Part shown: positions 49,511-59,996 of the stretch, in pieces
How positions within the stretch are numbered: position 1 is the first letter of the stretch
Layout: the number at the start of each line of letters is the position of its first letter
DNA from: an uncultured Holophagales bacterium
GTDB taxonomy: Bacteria > Acidobacteriota > Thermoanaerobaculia > Multivoradales > UBA5704
Assembly (NCBI GenBank): GCA_963842525.1
Contig: CAWJGT010000001.1
Span: 1 to 64,000, forward strand
Length of the DNA: 64,000 nt
Reading direction: 5' to 3'
Notes under the pieces: model-generated
Databases searched by the model: none
What the model saw: the letters and a program-made list of their open reading frames with translations, nothing else
Told to the model about the DNA's origin: nothing
Translations under genes and position numbers: made by a program

Positions 49511-50200
49511 TTATCCTTCCCTGTGCTCCAGCCGGTAACGCCACGGAAACGGAGGTTGGCTGTACCGGATGAGACGGAAGGACCGGCCCAGCACGGGGGA
49601 TCGGAGCCAGCCTTCGGCATCGGGAGGGACTGCGGCGTAGCGGTCCCCCTGAAGACTGAGAACATCGAAGCGGAGATGCTTGCCGCGGGCGTCCACCTGC
49701 CAGAGCTCGCGGACACCCGCCCTGGCGTAGTGCCCGGGCAGACGCTTCAGATCCTTGTTCACCGAGGAGTCGCTCACGATCTCGACGATCAGGTCCACGG
49801 CTCCTTCGAAAGCCATGATCTTCTCCGAATCCTTGCGGACCGAGGGAGCAAGACGGACCCGGCCGCTCTCGATCGACTCTCGGAAAACGACGATCACGTC
49901 CGGCTCCGTGGAGACAGCGGCGAACGGGGAGTTGAACCGGGTGGTGTCCGATTGCACATCACCGAGGTCGCTATCGAGGACCAGGTCCCCCAGCTTCCGG
50001 ACAATGGCGATCTTCGGTGAACCGTGTGTGTAGATGGCCTCCGCGCACATGTCCGCCTCTATCTCCCCCGCGAGAAAGTCGATGCGCCCGGATTCGGGGA
50101 ACTCGTCCGATTCGATCCAACGCAGGAAGCCCTCGTACGTATAGGCCTCGCTGGGAATCGGGAAGTTCTCCTCGGACAGGACGGCGTGTCGTCGGGCCAT
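49511..50200 (-). CDS. Uma2-family endonuclease
   Basis: EPDV, LIVEIVS, YARAGVRELWQVD. Confidence 0.88.
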   Translation of the reverse strand: MARRHAVLSEENFPIPSEAYTYEGFLRWIESDEFPESGRIDFLAGEIEADMCAEAIYTHGSPKIAIVRKLGDLVLDSDLGDVQSDTTRFNSPFAAVSTEPDVIVVFRESIESGRVRLAPSVRKDSEKIMAFEGAVDLIVEIVSDSSVNKDLKRLPGHYARAGVRELWQVDARGKHLRFDVLSLQGDRYAAVPPDAEGWLRSPVLGRSFRLIRYSQPPFPWRYRLEHREG

Positions 50201-50224
50201 GGTGGAATTCTACCTCCGGAGGGT

Positions 50225-51970
50225 CTATCCCCGCAAGGCCAGCGACAGGATCCCAGGCAGCTTTGCGAAGGACGGGCTGGCCTCGAAGGCCACCAGCTTG
50301 GGTGTCAGCCGGTGGGCGGTCTTGTGGGTGATGAACCACGCCGGCTTGGGGATGGCGCGGAACGGCGCCCGCACGACCGCCTTCTGCGGCCGGTCGAACA
50401 TCAGCGTGTTGTGGACCCAGCCCGTGCCGGACTGGATATCGGTCCGCGTATGGCCCGGGAAGGCCCCCCATGGAGTGATCACGAGGCCATAGCCGATGGC
50501 CGCCCAGTGGTTCACCGAAACGGTGCCATAGCGCAGATCGGCGATGGCCTTGTCGACCGCCTCCGCCACCGACGGATCGCGTAACGCGGCCGGATGGACG
50601 ATCAGGGTGGCGTTCAAGGTGCCCCAGAGCGTGTCGTTGCAGAAGGCCACCGCGCGCTCCAGGTACTCGGGGACGGTGGCCGCGCCCAGGACCGTTTCCG
50701 CAAAGAGGCTGCAGAAGGCTTCCGTCCGGAAGCAGATGTCCTCCCGGTAGCCCGAGTCCACACCAGGCACCAGCATCCAGGGGAGACGGTCACCGGACCG
50801 CTCGCCGAATGTTTCGGCCTCGGGGTGCGCGGCGAGGAAGGCATCGAAACGGTCGCCAGCCCCGGTGTACCAGGCCCGGCGCGGCGGCGTCGTGCGCAGC
50901 ACGTCACGCACGGAGTCGAGGAGGGGCCGGCGCTGCGGCGAGGCGGCGTGCTGGATCACCAGACGCAGGGCATTGCAGTTGAATCCGGCGTTGTTGACCA
51001 GCATCGTGGCGATATTTTCCGCCTGGTAACGGAAATCGACCTCGCTCCATGAGCCCTTGGGGCCGGGAACCACGATGACCGGGCTCACATTGCCCAGCTC
51101 GGAGGTGAAGCGTTTGGTGTTGACCGGCTCGTCGCGCTCCTTGCGCCGCCGTCCTTCCTCGCCGGGACCGAAGACGATGGCCTCGTACGTGCGGTCCGAC
51201 CCGGTGATGTGGATCTCGTCGACGCCCGGGTGCTCGACGAGGTAGGCGCCCTCCTCGCCGCCGCCGTACACCACACGCAGGAAGCCCTGCTGGATCAGGG
51301 GACGCATGCCCTCTTCCATCAGCGGCCCGAGGTAGACATTGATTGGGTGGGTCTTGAAGAGGACCACCCGGTCCTCGACGAAAAGCTTGTACAGGGCATC
51401 CATGGGGCCGATCGAGGAGACGTTGCCGGCTCCGAGAACCAGGGAGACGCCACCGGCGTTCTCCCGGAGCGGCTTGGCGTGGTAGGCCACGGCCTGGGTC
51501 TCGGCGAGCCCTTCGGCCGTCACTCCGGGCTCCATCCAGACGTCCGCGGTGACTCCGCCATAGAAGATGCTGTCCCAGATGTCGTAGGGGAAGATGCGGG
51601 CCGTGACCTGTCCGTCCGTCCGCGTCCGCACCGAGCCGGGGATGCGCGGCCGGCCGTGCTTCTCGATGTCCGCCAGGGAGAGCCGGAGCAGGCGCAGGTT
51701 GCGCAGGATGAAATAGGGGCCGGTCAGCGACTCCTCGGCATGCCCCCGCTCGGGGTCCAGACCCTCGGCCGCGATGCAGGCAGCGGCCCAGCGGCCGGCG
51801 ACAGACAGGAAGCTCCGGGTCAGCTCCTCCAGGAGCCGTATGCGGTCGCGGACGCTCGTCTCCACCCAGGCGCGCTTGCGCTCCTGCAGCGCGGCAACTG
51901 CGGCGTCCATGGCCTGGCGGGAGGACGGAGGATGGTTGGAAGCGGACGGGGGCGCGAGGGCGATCGTCAT
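50225..51970 (-). CDS. Aldehyde dehydrogenase-family protein
   Basis: LGAGN, HITGS, SELGNV, NAGFNC, EAFC. Confidence 0.85.
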   Translation of the reverse strand: MTIALAPPSASNHPPSSRQAMDAAVAALQERKRAWVETSVRDRIRLLEELTRSFLSVAGRWAAACIAAEGLDPERGHAEESLTGPYFILRNLRLLRLSLADIEKHGRPRIPGSVRTRTDGQVTARIFPYDIWDSIFYGGVTADVWMEPGVTAEGLAETQAVAYHAKPLRENAGGVSLVLGAGNVSSIGPMDALYKLFVEDRVVLFKTHPINVYLGPLMEEGMRPLIQQGFLRVVYGGGEEGAYLVEHPGVDEIHITGSDRTYEAIVFGPGEEGRRRKERDEPVNTKRFTSELGNVSPVIVVPGPKGSWSEVDFRYQAENIATMLVNNAGFNCNALRLVIQHAASPQRRPLLDSVRDVLRTTPPRRAWYTGAGDRFDAFLAAHPEAETFGERSGDRLPWMLVPGVDSGYREDICFRTEAFCSLFAETVLGAATVPEYLERAVAFCNDTLWGTLNATLIVHPAALRDPSVAEAVDKAIADLRYGTVSVNHWAAIGYGLVITPWGAFPGHTRTDIQSGTGWVHNTLMFDRPQKAVVRAPFRAIPKPAWFITHKTAHRLTPKLVAFEASPSFAKLPGILSLALRG

Positions 51971-52643
51971 CGGCGAGCCTCCTGGGCCGGAGCGTGAGCA
52001 ACGATAGCACGGCTGTTTCTCTACTGAGCACGGCGCAAATCGAGCCTCATCACGCTGCTGTACGCGTAAAGAGTCGCACTGAATCGATTCGCTGCGATCC
52101 TGAACGCGTTCGGAGTCGCAATAGATCCCTTCAGAGTTGCATTCAAGATGTTCTTTGCGACACTCAATCCATTTTTGCCAGCGGGAAGCAGCCTGCGCAG
52201 AGGAGCCAGAGGATTCTTTGCGACGCAATGTCGATCTGAAGGCGCACAGAAGGGCTTGGCGGCGCGATTTATCGCAAGACTGCGACGAGAGATCAATTGC
52301 GAGTCGCGCTTGGCATGTGCGCAGTCGCAAGAATGGCGCGCTAAGTCGCAGGCAGGCTCCAGGAGGTGCGGAAGATGGATTGTGAGTCGCTCTGTACGTG
52401 CAAAGAGGCGTGCTGAGCATCTGGCTTGTCGCACTGTGTCGACCTTGCGTCTCTTCCAACGCAACGAGGCAGGCCCGGAAGGTAGGCAAAGTCGCACTGA
52501 ACGCGTACCATGTGACGTGGCCTGGACAGAGGACCCGCTTGGCGCTAGCGTTGGCGCAGAGCTCGACGTCGTGCGACGTCCATGCGACCGACTGCGACGC
52601 GGCTCAGGACCTTTGCGACTCTGAATCGGCCAAGGAGGTCACC

Positions 52644-53156
52644 TTGAGCACCAAGCTGTCCGTCGAGCAGTTCCTCGCGGAGCTGAAAGCGGAGGTCGAG
52701 CACCACCGCGCCCAGGAGGCGTTGCATGCTCAGCAGGAGGTCTTCCACCGCGAGCAGCGGGCCCTCCACGCCGAATCCCTCCAGGTCGCCCAGGAACGAC
52801 TCGCGGCTTTCGAGCAGGCCACGCTGGCGGCGAACGAGTTGGTCGAGCGCCGGCGCGAGGCCGCCAAGCCTCCCAAAGTGGACGAAGAGGCCGCGACCAG
52901 CCGGCTCACCACGATGACCGATTTCGTGGCGTACCTGATTCAGGGCAAGGCACCGGAAGAGACCTTTGGTCCAAGCAGTCTGGCGCGCGAGGTCGATCAA
53001 CGCTTCCGTACGCGGCTCAAAGCTCTTGTCGGTCCGCGCAACGTCTCCGCCGCCCTCCGCCGCTTTGCCACGGCCGGCCGCATCCACCTCATCCGCAAAG
53101 GCAAGGGTCCCATCGAGGCGCTCTACGCAAAAGCACGCAAGCCATCGCCTGCGTGA
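52644..53156 (+). CDS. Hypothetical coiled-coil + wHTH-like protein
   Basis: AAGGAGG RBS before TTG; VSAALRRFATAGRIHLIRKG. Confidence 0.6.
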   Translation: MSTKLSVEQFLAELKAEVEHHRAQEALHAQQEVFHREQRALHAESLQVAQERLAAFEQATLAANELVERRREAAKPPKVDEEAATSRLTTMTDFVAYLIQGKAPEETFGPSSLAREVDQRFRTRLKALVGPRNVSAALRRFATAGRIHLIRKGKGPIEALYAKARKPSPA

Positions 53157-53472
53157 CACCCCGGCTACCTGCCCGCCCCGGAAAATCAGAACCTCTGCTT
53201 TGCGGGAGAACGTGCCTCCGGGGTTCTGCCTGTCCTTGTTTTAAGACGCTCTTGGCATGTCCGGCATAGCGCTGCACCGGAAGTAGGTCTCTCTGGACAA
53301 ATCTGAGGTCGCCGGCATGCGAAATCCCCGGAGCCCCTTCAAAAAAGCGGGTCTTTTGCCTGCCGCCCTGCAATATTTCCGGCCTGTCCTCCAAAAGTCG
53401 CCTGAGCCTGGTAAAACGGCCTGAATCCCATCTATTGATCGTCTGCACGGGGGCTGACTACGATCCTCTTCG

Positions 53473-53874
53473 ATGGCGACCAGGAAGAGAAAAGACGAGA
53501 TCTTCAAGGATCTCAAGCTGTATTTTGGCAAGGCGCTGGCCCGGCTCCGCGGCAACAGATCGCAGGAGGCGCTGGCCAAGCTCGCCGGCATGGATTCGGG
53601 AACTCTGAGACGTTTGGAGAAGGGCGAGTCTCCTCTTCGACAGGATTATGTTTCGAACATCCTGCGGAGCCTGGAGGTCACACTCGTCGACCTCCTGAGA
53701 AGTGTCGCCGACTGCTACGAGGAGGCGGAGAGGGCTCCGTATCACGAGATGTCGCGGGACGAGCTGCTCCGCAGCCTGCGCAAGCTTCATGACGCCAGGG
53801 CCCGCTGGGAAAGGGAAGCCTCGGAGATCGATCTCGAGATCAAGCGCCGCCAGATCCCCGACGTCCAATCGTGA
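53473..53874 (+). CDS. XRE-family HTH regulator
   Basis: LARLRGNRSQEALAKLAGMDSGTLRRLEKG. Confidence 0.85.
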   Translation: MATRKRKDEIFKDLKLYFGKALARLRGNRSQEALAKLAGMDSGTLRRLEKGESPLRQDYVSNILRSLEVTLVDLLRSVADCYEEAERAPYHEMSRDELLRSLRKLHDARARWEREASEIDLEIKRRQIPDVQS

Positions 53875-53926
53875 ATACCGTCAAATCTTCCTGATAAGAT
53901 CCCGGTCTACACCGGGAGGAAAAGCC

Positions 53927-54148
53927 ATGGGAGATCTGACGGGGCGGCTGCGCGCGGAGTTGGAAAGTTGGACCGAACGTCTCCCCTCGGCCTGGCAGCC
54001 GCTGTTCGCAGGCGTCGAGCTGGGCTTCGCCGCCCTGGCTCCGGCTTTTGCGCTCGGCGAGGACGACAGGATCTGGCCGCAGGAGACCAACGACGGCACG
54101 GTCACCGAAGCGCTCGGCGACTCCGGTCCGCCGATCCGCTGGACCTGA
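53927..54148 (+). CDS. Short hypothetical protein, possibly a truncated gene
   Basis: GGAGGA RBS; ends 9 bp before the amidohydrolase. Confidence 0.4.
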   Translation: MGDLTGRLRAELESWTERLPSAWQPLFAGVELGFAALAPAFALGEDDRIWPQETNDGTVTEALGDSGPPIRWT

Positions 54149-54157
54149 GGAGTCGAC

Positions 54158-55789
54158 ATGCTGCAGGGATCGGACCGTCCGCTGCTTCTCCGCGGCAAGA
54201 TCGTCCAGCCGGACGGCACGGCGCCGGACCGGTATGTGCTGGTGCGGGACGGCCGGATCGTCTCGATCAGCCGGCAGCGTCCGCCGTTGACGGAAGGCGT
54301 CCCCTACGTCAAGACGGAGAGCGAGGACTGGATCTTCCCCGGCCTGCTCGACCTCCACACCCATACGACCTACAACGCCCTGCCGCTCTGGCACTCCTGG
54401 CGCGCGCCCTTCGACAACCGTTTCGAATGGCGCGGCGATGCCGGCTACAAAAAGGAGGTCAGCGGCACCTCCCGAACCATCAATACCGAGGAGAACCGGA
54501 AGATCCTGGAGGTCTTCGCCGAGCTGCAGGCCGTGACGGGTGGCACCACGGTCCTCCAGGAGTCCCAGCGTCTCGACCAGGAGATCTCGGGCCAGCGGCT
54601 CCTGCTCTGCCGGGACACGGCAGATCCGGCGGAGCTGTTCCTGAACGAGAACGGCGTCATCCTCTCCGTGGTCGACTTCTTCCGCCCGGGCGACGACGGC
54701 CGGCCGGCTCCGGTCCAGAAGGTCCTCGACGAGTATGTCAAACACCGGAGTGAAGGCACGCTGCTGGCGACCCTGGCCCATCTGGCAGAGGGGCGTTCCG
54801 GCTACGGCACCCACCGCGGAGCAGACCCCTATTCACGACGGGAATTCGAGGCCTTCATGGCCCATCCGGCCTTCGCCGATGCCGAGGCCGTCCGTTCGAG
54901 CCCGTTGACCCTCATTCATGGCTGTGGGATCGACACGCGCAATCCGCAGCACCTCGACTTCCTGCGGGAGCGCAATATTTCGATCGTCTGGTCGCCGGTC
55001 TCCAACCTTTTGCTCTACGGCGATACGCTGGACGCCGAAACGCTCCTCGCGAAGGGGATCAACGTGGCGCTCGGCTCGGACTGGAGCCCCAGCGGCTCGA
55101 AGCACGTCTGGGAGGAGGCCAAGTTTGCCCGCTTCTACCTCGACGCCATCGGCGCCCAGGTCAGCGACCAGCAGATCTTCCAGATGGTGACCCGCAATGC
55201 CGGCCGTTGCCTGGCGCTGCCCTCCTTCGGCTGCATCGAGCTCGGCGCACCAGGCGACTTCTTCATCCTGCGCAGCCCGCTGGAGACCGACGATCCCATG
55301 GAGGTCTTCCTGGCGACCACCGACCGGCACGTCCGGGCGACGATCCTCGGCGGCCGGCCGCTCTACGGCGCCCGCGAGTTCCTGGAACAGTTCGAGGTGG
55401 ATCTGCAGGGTCTGCCGCCGGAGGAGGGCTCGGCGGTGAAGGACAAAGCGGTCCACCTGCCGGCGGCCCTGGGAGTGGACGTTGCCCGGGACGTCAAGCG
55501 GATCGAGGACGCGCTGAAGGCCCTGACGCCGCCGGTCAAGCGGAGCAACCTGCTCGCCAGCTCGGACGCCGGAGGCCGTCCAGGTCTGGCGCGGTTTTCG
55601 TGCGGCGGGACTCGATGCCGGCAGCTTCCGTCGCGCCCTCGGCGAGGTGCTTCTTCCTGCCGCGGTGCAGACACAGGCGCCTCTCGGGCTGGCCGCGTGC
55701 CTGACCGCCGTGCTGCCCGACGACCGGCCGGCGCACGTACCGGACGAGGTGGCCCTGCTCGTCTACGAATCGCGAGAGGCCTGGGATAA
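54158..55789 (+). CDS. Amidohydrolase-family protein (C-terminus probably disrupted after ~55570)
   Basis: PGLLDLHTH, HLAEG, LIHG, WSPVSN, ALGSDW. Confidence 0.85.
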   Translation: MLQGSDRPLLLRGKIVQPDGTAPDRYVLVRDGRIVSISRQRPPLTEGVPYVKTESEDWIFPGLLDLHTHTTYNALPLWHSWRAPFDNRFEWRGDAGYKKEVSGTSRTINTEENRKILEVFAELQAVTGGTTVLQESQRLDQEISGQRLLLCRDTADPAELFLNENGVILSVVDFFRPGDDGRPAPVQKVLDEYVKHRSEGTLLATLAHLAEGRSGYGTHRGADPYSRREFEAFMAHPAFADAEAVRSSPLTLIHGCGIDTRNPQHLDFLRERNISIVWSPVSNLLLYGDTLDAETLLAKGINVALGSDWSPSGSKHVWEEAKFARFYLDAIGAQVSDQQIFQMVTRNAGRCLALPSFGCIELGAPGDFFILRSPLETDDPMEVFLATTDRHVRATILGGRPLYGAREFLEQFEVDLQGLPPEEGSAVKDKAVHLPAALGVDVARDVKRIEDALKALTPPVKRSNLLASSDAGGRPGLARFSCGGTRCRQLPSRPRRGASSCRGADTGASRAGRVPDRRAARRPAGARTGRGGPARLRIARGLG

Positions 55790-56303
55790 AACGGACCAGA
55801 CCACCGCGGGACGGCTCTGGCCCCGGCTGCGGGGCGCGCACTTCGGACCAGCCAGCCAGAGCGGCTTCGCGGAGAGGCTCGACGGAGCCCTGGAGCCGGA
55901 CCGCCCGTGCTTCCTCTTTACCGACGAGGCGGACTGGCTGCACGGGCTGACGAAGGTCCTGGTGGCGACGACCGCTTCCGGGCAGACGGGAGAAGCCTTT
56001 CGTGCCGCCGTCCAGAGCGCCCTCGCGGCGCTGCAAGGAAATCGTCCTGCGGGTCTCGACGGCGCCATTGCCGTGGTTTCCGCGGACGGCGTCCTTATCT
56101 ATTGGGAGCACTGGACCGACGCAGCATCAGCAGGCAACAGCCGGATCGCAAGCCTGGCGGCGCTCGGCACGCCGGTGCTCCTCGCCAATGCTGTCCCCAC
56201 CAAGGTGGCGGCCCATCCGGCGGAGCTCCATCCAGGCCTCGAAATCAAGGGAGGGGAGTGCCTGAGCCTTCGCTTCGAACGGCGGAGGCTGTACCTCTAT
56301 TGA
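55647..56303 (+). CDS. Hypothetical protein, perhaps the frameshifted continuation of the amidohydrolase
   Basis: Plausible coding frame (PDEVALLVYES) without a clear RBS. Confidence 0.45.
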   Translation: MLLPAAVQTQAPLGLAACLTAVLPDDRPAHVPDEVALLVYESREAWDKTDQTTAGRLWPRLRGAHFGPASQSGFAERLDGALEPDRPCFLFTDEADWLHGLTKVLVATTASGQTGEAFRAAVQSALAALQGNRPAGLDGAIAVVSADGVLIYWEHWTDAASAGNSRIASLAALGTPVLLANAVPTKVAAHPAELHPGLEIKGGECLSLRFERRRLYLY

Positions 56304-56336
56304 AAGACGTCAGCTATTCCCGGACGCAGCTCAGGG

Positions 56337-58046
56337 TTACACGAACAGCGGCACGACCTCGAACCGTTCGACGTCCACCAAACCCACGTCGGTCAGCTTG
56401 AGCTTGGGGATCACTTCGAGGGCGAGGAAGCTCATGGCCATGAAGGGGTCGCGGAGGTGCGCGCCGAGGCCGTGGGCGGCTTCGAGGAGAGCTTTCATGC
56501 CGTCCCGCACTTCTTCGATCGGCCGGTCGGACATCAACCCGGCGAGCGGGAGAGGCAGGACGGAGAGCACGGACTCACCTTCGGCCGCTGCCAGCCCGCC
56601 GCCGGTCCGCGCCACCGCCAGGGCGGCTGTGCGCATCGAGGTGTCATCGGCGCCGATCACCACCAGGTTGTGGTGGTCGTGGGCCACCGTGCTCGCGATC
56701 GCTCCACGCCGCAGGCCGACGCCGTGGACGAAGCCGAGCCCGGCCTGGCCGCTGCCGCGGTGCCGCTCGACCACGGCCATCTTGAGGAGGTCCCGGCCGG
56801 GATCGGCCGCGGCCTGGCCGTCGCGCACGGCCGTTTCCATCACCAGCGCCTCGGTCAGGAGCTGGTCGGGGATGGCGCCGATCACCCGCACGTTCCGTCC
56901 CTCGGCCCGGATCGCGAAGTGGAGCCGCTCGGGGTCGATATGGACCGTGGCCGGGAGGCTGGCGCTGTAGGAGTGCCCGTGGTGGTCGTGGATCAGCCGG
57001 CCGTCGCGTGCCACCAGGGCGCCTTGGCGGACGACCATCTCGGCCTGGGGTGCGGTCAGGTCGGAGAAGACCACCAGGTCGGCGCGCCGGCCCGGGGCCA
57101 CGGCGCCGCGGTCGCGCAGGCCGTAGTGCTCGGCCGGGTTGAGCGTCCCCATCCGGATGGCGACCACGGGGTCGATTCCTTCGGCAATGGCCATCCGGAT
57201 CAGGTGGTCGATCGATCCCTCTTCCAGGAGGTCGGCCGGTTGCCGGTCGTCGGTGCACAGGCAGAGCCGCCGCTCGTTCGCCGGCGTGACGAGGGGCAGC
57301 AGCGTCCGCAGGTTGCGGGCGTTGGTGGCTTCCCGCAGGAAGATCGTCAGGCCGGCGCGAAGCTTCTCCCGGGCCTCCTCGACGGACGTGCATTCGTGAT
57401 CGTTGCCGATGCCGGCTGCCGCATAGGCGTTCAGGAGATGCCCCGAGAGGCCGGGGCAGTGACCGTCGATCGGCCGGCCGCGGAAGGCGCGGAGCTTGGC
57501 GAGCACCTCCTCGCTGCCGGCGATCACCCCGGGAAAGTTCATCACCTCGGCGAGGCCCAGGACCCGCGGATGGCCGAGCAGCGTGGCGAGGTCGTCCGCC
57601 TCCAGCCGTGCGCCCGAGGTCTCCAGGTGGGTGGCCGGCACGCAGGACGGGGCGTTGACGAGCACGTCGAGCGGCGCCCCCTCGGCATCGTCGAGCATGA
57701 AGTGGATGCCGGGGAGCCCCAGCACGTTGCCGATCTCGTGCGGGTCCGTGATCACGGTGGTCACCCCGCGCGGCACCACGGCGCGGGCGAATTCGGCCGG
57801 CGGCACCATGGAGCTCTCGATGTGGACGTGGGCGTCGAGGAAGCCGGGAGCGACGAAGCAGCCGTCCAGGTCGAGGACCTGCCGCGCCTCGTAGCCTTCT
57901 CCCAGGCCGGCGATCAATCCGACCGCGACAGCGATGTCCGTCCTATGGATCTCACCGGAGAGCACGTTGACGAGCCGGCCGCCGCGCAGCAGCAGGTCCG
58001 CGGGCTGATCGCCGCGGGCGACGGCGAGGAGATGGGGAAGGTCCAT
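56337..58046 (-). CDS. ade: Adenine deaminase
   Basis: DAHVHIESS, DPHEIGNV, LAEVMN, DGHCP, DHEC, CTDD, AHDHHN. Confidence 0.95.
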   Translation of the reverse strand: MDLPHLLAVARGDQPADLLLRGGRLVNVLSGEIHRTDIAVAVGLIAGLGEGYEARQVLDLDGCFVAPGFLDAHVHIESSMVPPAEFARAVVPRGVTTVITDPHEIGNVLGLPGIHFMLDDAEGAPLDVLVNAPSCVPATHLETSGARLEADDLATLLGHPRVLGLAEVMNFPGVIAGSEEVLAKLRAFRGRPIDGHCPGLSGHLLNAYAAAGIGNDHECTSVEEAREKLRAGLTIFLREATNARNLRTLLPLVTPANERRLCLCTDDRQPADLLEEGSIDHLIRMAIAEGIDPVVAIRMGTLNPAEHYGLRDRGAVAPGRRADLVVFSDLTAPQAEMVVRQGALVARDGRLIHDHHGHSYSASLPATVHIDPERLHFAIRAEGRNVRVIGAIPDQLLTEALVMETAVRDGQAAADPGRDLLKMAVVERHRGSGQAGLGFVHGVGLRRGAIASTVAHDHHNLVVIGADDTSMRTAALAVARTGGGLAAAEGESVLSVLPLPLAGLMSDRPIEEVRDGMKALLEAAHGLGAHLRDPFMAMSFLALEVIPKLKLTDVGLVDVERFEVVPLFV

Positions 58047-58088
58047 GGGGGGAGGATATCGCTCCTCCCCCCGATCCGGGAGTGTGGG

Positions 58089-58292
58089 CTAGGTGGCCCA
58101 GCCTTCGCGCGGCGCCTTGGGCATCACGAGCCAGAGGATGAGATAGACCACGATGCCCGGGAAGCCGGCCGAAAGGACCGAGACCAGCACATAAACGACG
58201 CGCATCGCGGTGGGGCTCCAGCCGAGCCAGTCGGCCAGGCCGCCGCAGACTCCGGCGATGATCTTGTGGTGTCGAGAGCGATACAGAGCCAT
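58089..58292 (-). CDS. PspC domain protein
   Basis: LYRSR..KIIAGVCGGLA...YLILWLVMP. Confidence 0.9.
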   Translation of the reverse strand: MALYRSRHHKIIAGVCGGLADWLGWSPTAMRVVYVLVSVLSAGFPGIVVYLILWLVMPKAPREGWAT

Positions 58293-58374
58293 CGTGTCCT
58301 CCTCTTCGAACCGGCTGGGCCGGCCCACCCTTCCCTACGACGGTGGGCCGGCAGGGTTTCGCCCGGCGAGCGCC

Positions 58375-59974
58375 TCAGGCCTCGCCGGTGGAGTCGACTG
58401 CAAGCTCCTGGCCGGCCCCGTGCCGCGCAGCCACCACCGCGGCGGTCATCAGGCCGCAGGTTGCTGCAAAGATGAGCAGGCCGGCCAGGGTGATCCATCC
58501 CGCATTGTCCTCCGGCCGGGCTAGGGTAATCAACGGCGTCCACATGTCAAACACCGCCCCAGGGTTGTCCTTCAACAGCTTGAGAGCATCCAGGAAGGCG
58601 AGGAGCAGCGCGGCGAAGGCGAACCCCACCGTGCCGCCGGTGAGGCCGCGGGCCACGAGCTGGCCGCGGGTCAGCGGCTCGCGGATCCTCGGCGGCTCGA
58701 TCTTGAACTCGACCTCGCGGGCGTTCCACGGCACGAAGCGGGCAAGCATGATCATCCCCGGGATGCCGAGTGGGAGCGTCGCCCAGAAAAACGGCGCCCA
58801 GCCCACCGCATAGGCCGCATACCCGGCGATCGGTCCGGAAAGGATGCGCGGCAGTCCGAAGAGGCTGGAGAACAGGGCGTACTGGGTCGCCGAGAAGCGC
58901 TTCTGGGTCATGCGCAGAAGGAGCACGCTGAAGGCGCCGCTGCCCAGGCCGGAGCAGAGCTGCTCGAAGGTGAAGGCGGCCCACATGAGCGGCCGGTTGA
59001 GCTCCGTCTGCTGCGCGAGGAGGGCGTAGCCGGCGTTCGAGAAGATCTGGAAGAAGCCGAAGATCCAGAGCGCACGCCCCAGTCCGAGCGGCGCCGTCAA
59101 GAGCCCTCCGATCAGCGTGCCGATGATGTTGCCCCACAGGCCGAGGGTCCCGACGACGAAGCCGCGGTCGAAGCTCGTTGTACCCCATGTCGTTGAGAAA
59201 GGGGCGCTGTAGCGCCTGCACCAGGTTGTCCGCCAGCTTGTAGAGCACGACGAAGGCGAGGATCTCCAGGGCCCGGTGGCGGGCGAGGAAGCCGAGGAAC
59301 GGATTCCAGACCGCCTCCTTGAGCGTCCTCGGCGCGGCCCCTACAGCAGCCGGCTCCGGGGCTTTCCACACCACCAGGATCATGGGCAGATAGAGGCAGG
59401 CCAGGAGGACGTTGACCACGGGCCAGCCCCACATGCCGGCGAACGTGATGGAGAGGCTGCCCGCGAGGAAGTAGCCGATGCGCCAGAGGAAGTTGCGCGC
59501 ACCCACCGCGACCGGCTGCTCCTCCTTGTGCAGCACGTCGACCGCATAGGCGTCGATGGCAACGTCCTGCGTGGCGCCCGCAAAGGCGATCGCCAGGGTC
59601 ATGGCCAGGACCACCCAGGGGGTGTCCGGATGGTTGCCGACGCCGGCCAGGGCGAACATCGCGATGAAGAGGCCGATCTGGGCGATCATCGCCCACCCGC
59701 GCCGCCGGCCGAGCTTCGGCGGCACGAAGCGGTCCATCAACGGCGACCAGGCGAACTTGAACGTCCACGGGATCTGCGCCAGGGTGAACAGTCCCACGAT
59801 CCGGATGTCCACCCCGATGTCGCGCATCCAGTCGGGGATGGCGATCCATGCCAGCCCCAGGGGCATGCCCGAGGCAAAGGACATCAGGACCACGGACCAG
59901 GTGCGCCAGGAGGTGAACGCCCAGGCGAGGCTCTGGAGGGTGGTGGGCTTCTTGGGCTTGACCGGTTCGCTCAA
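58375..59974 (-). CDS. ampG: AmpG-family muropeptide MFS transporter (frameshift ~59170)
   Basis: FASGMP, PWTFKFAWSPLMD, GRRRGW, ATQDVAIDAY, ATQYALFSSL. Confidence 0.85.
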
Positions 59975-59996
59975 TGGGATCTCCCGTGCATCCCCA

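Noticed and set aside
49511-50200. Uma2 endonuclease as a defence system
   Set aside because: Solo member of a commonly expanded family with no partner genes here.
51971-52643. N-terminal extensions of the ALDH (to 52489) and the 52398 ORF
   Set aside because: Low-complexity, Cys/Ser-rich heptad-like translations; better starts exist at 51970 and 52644.
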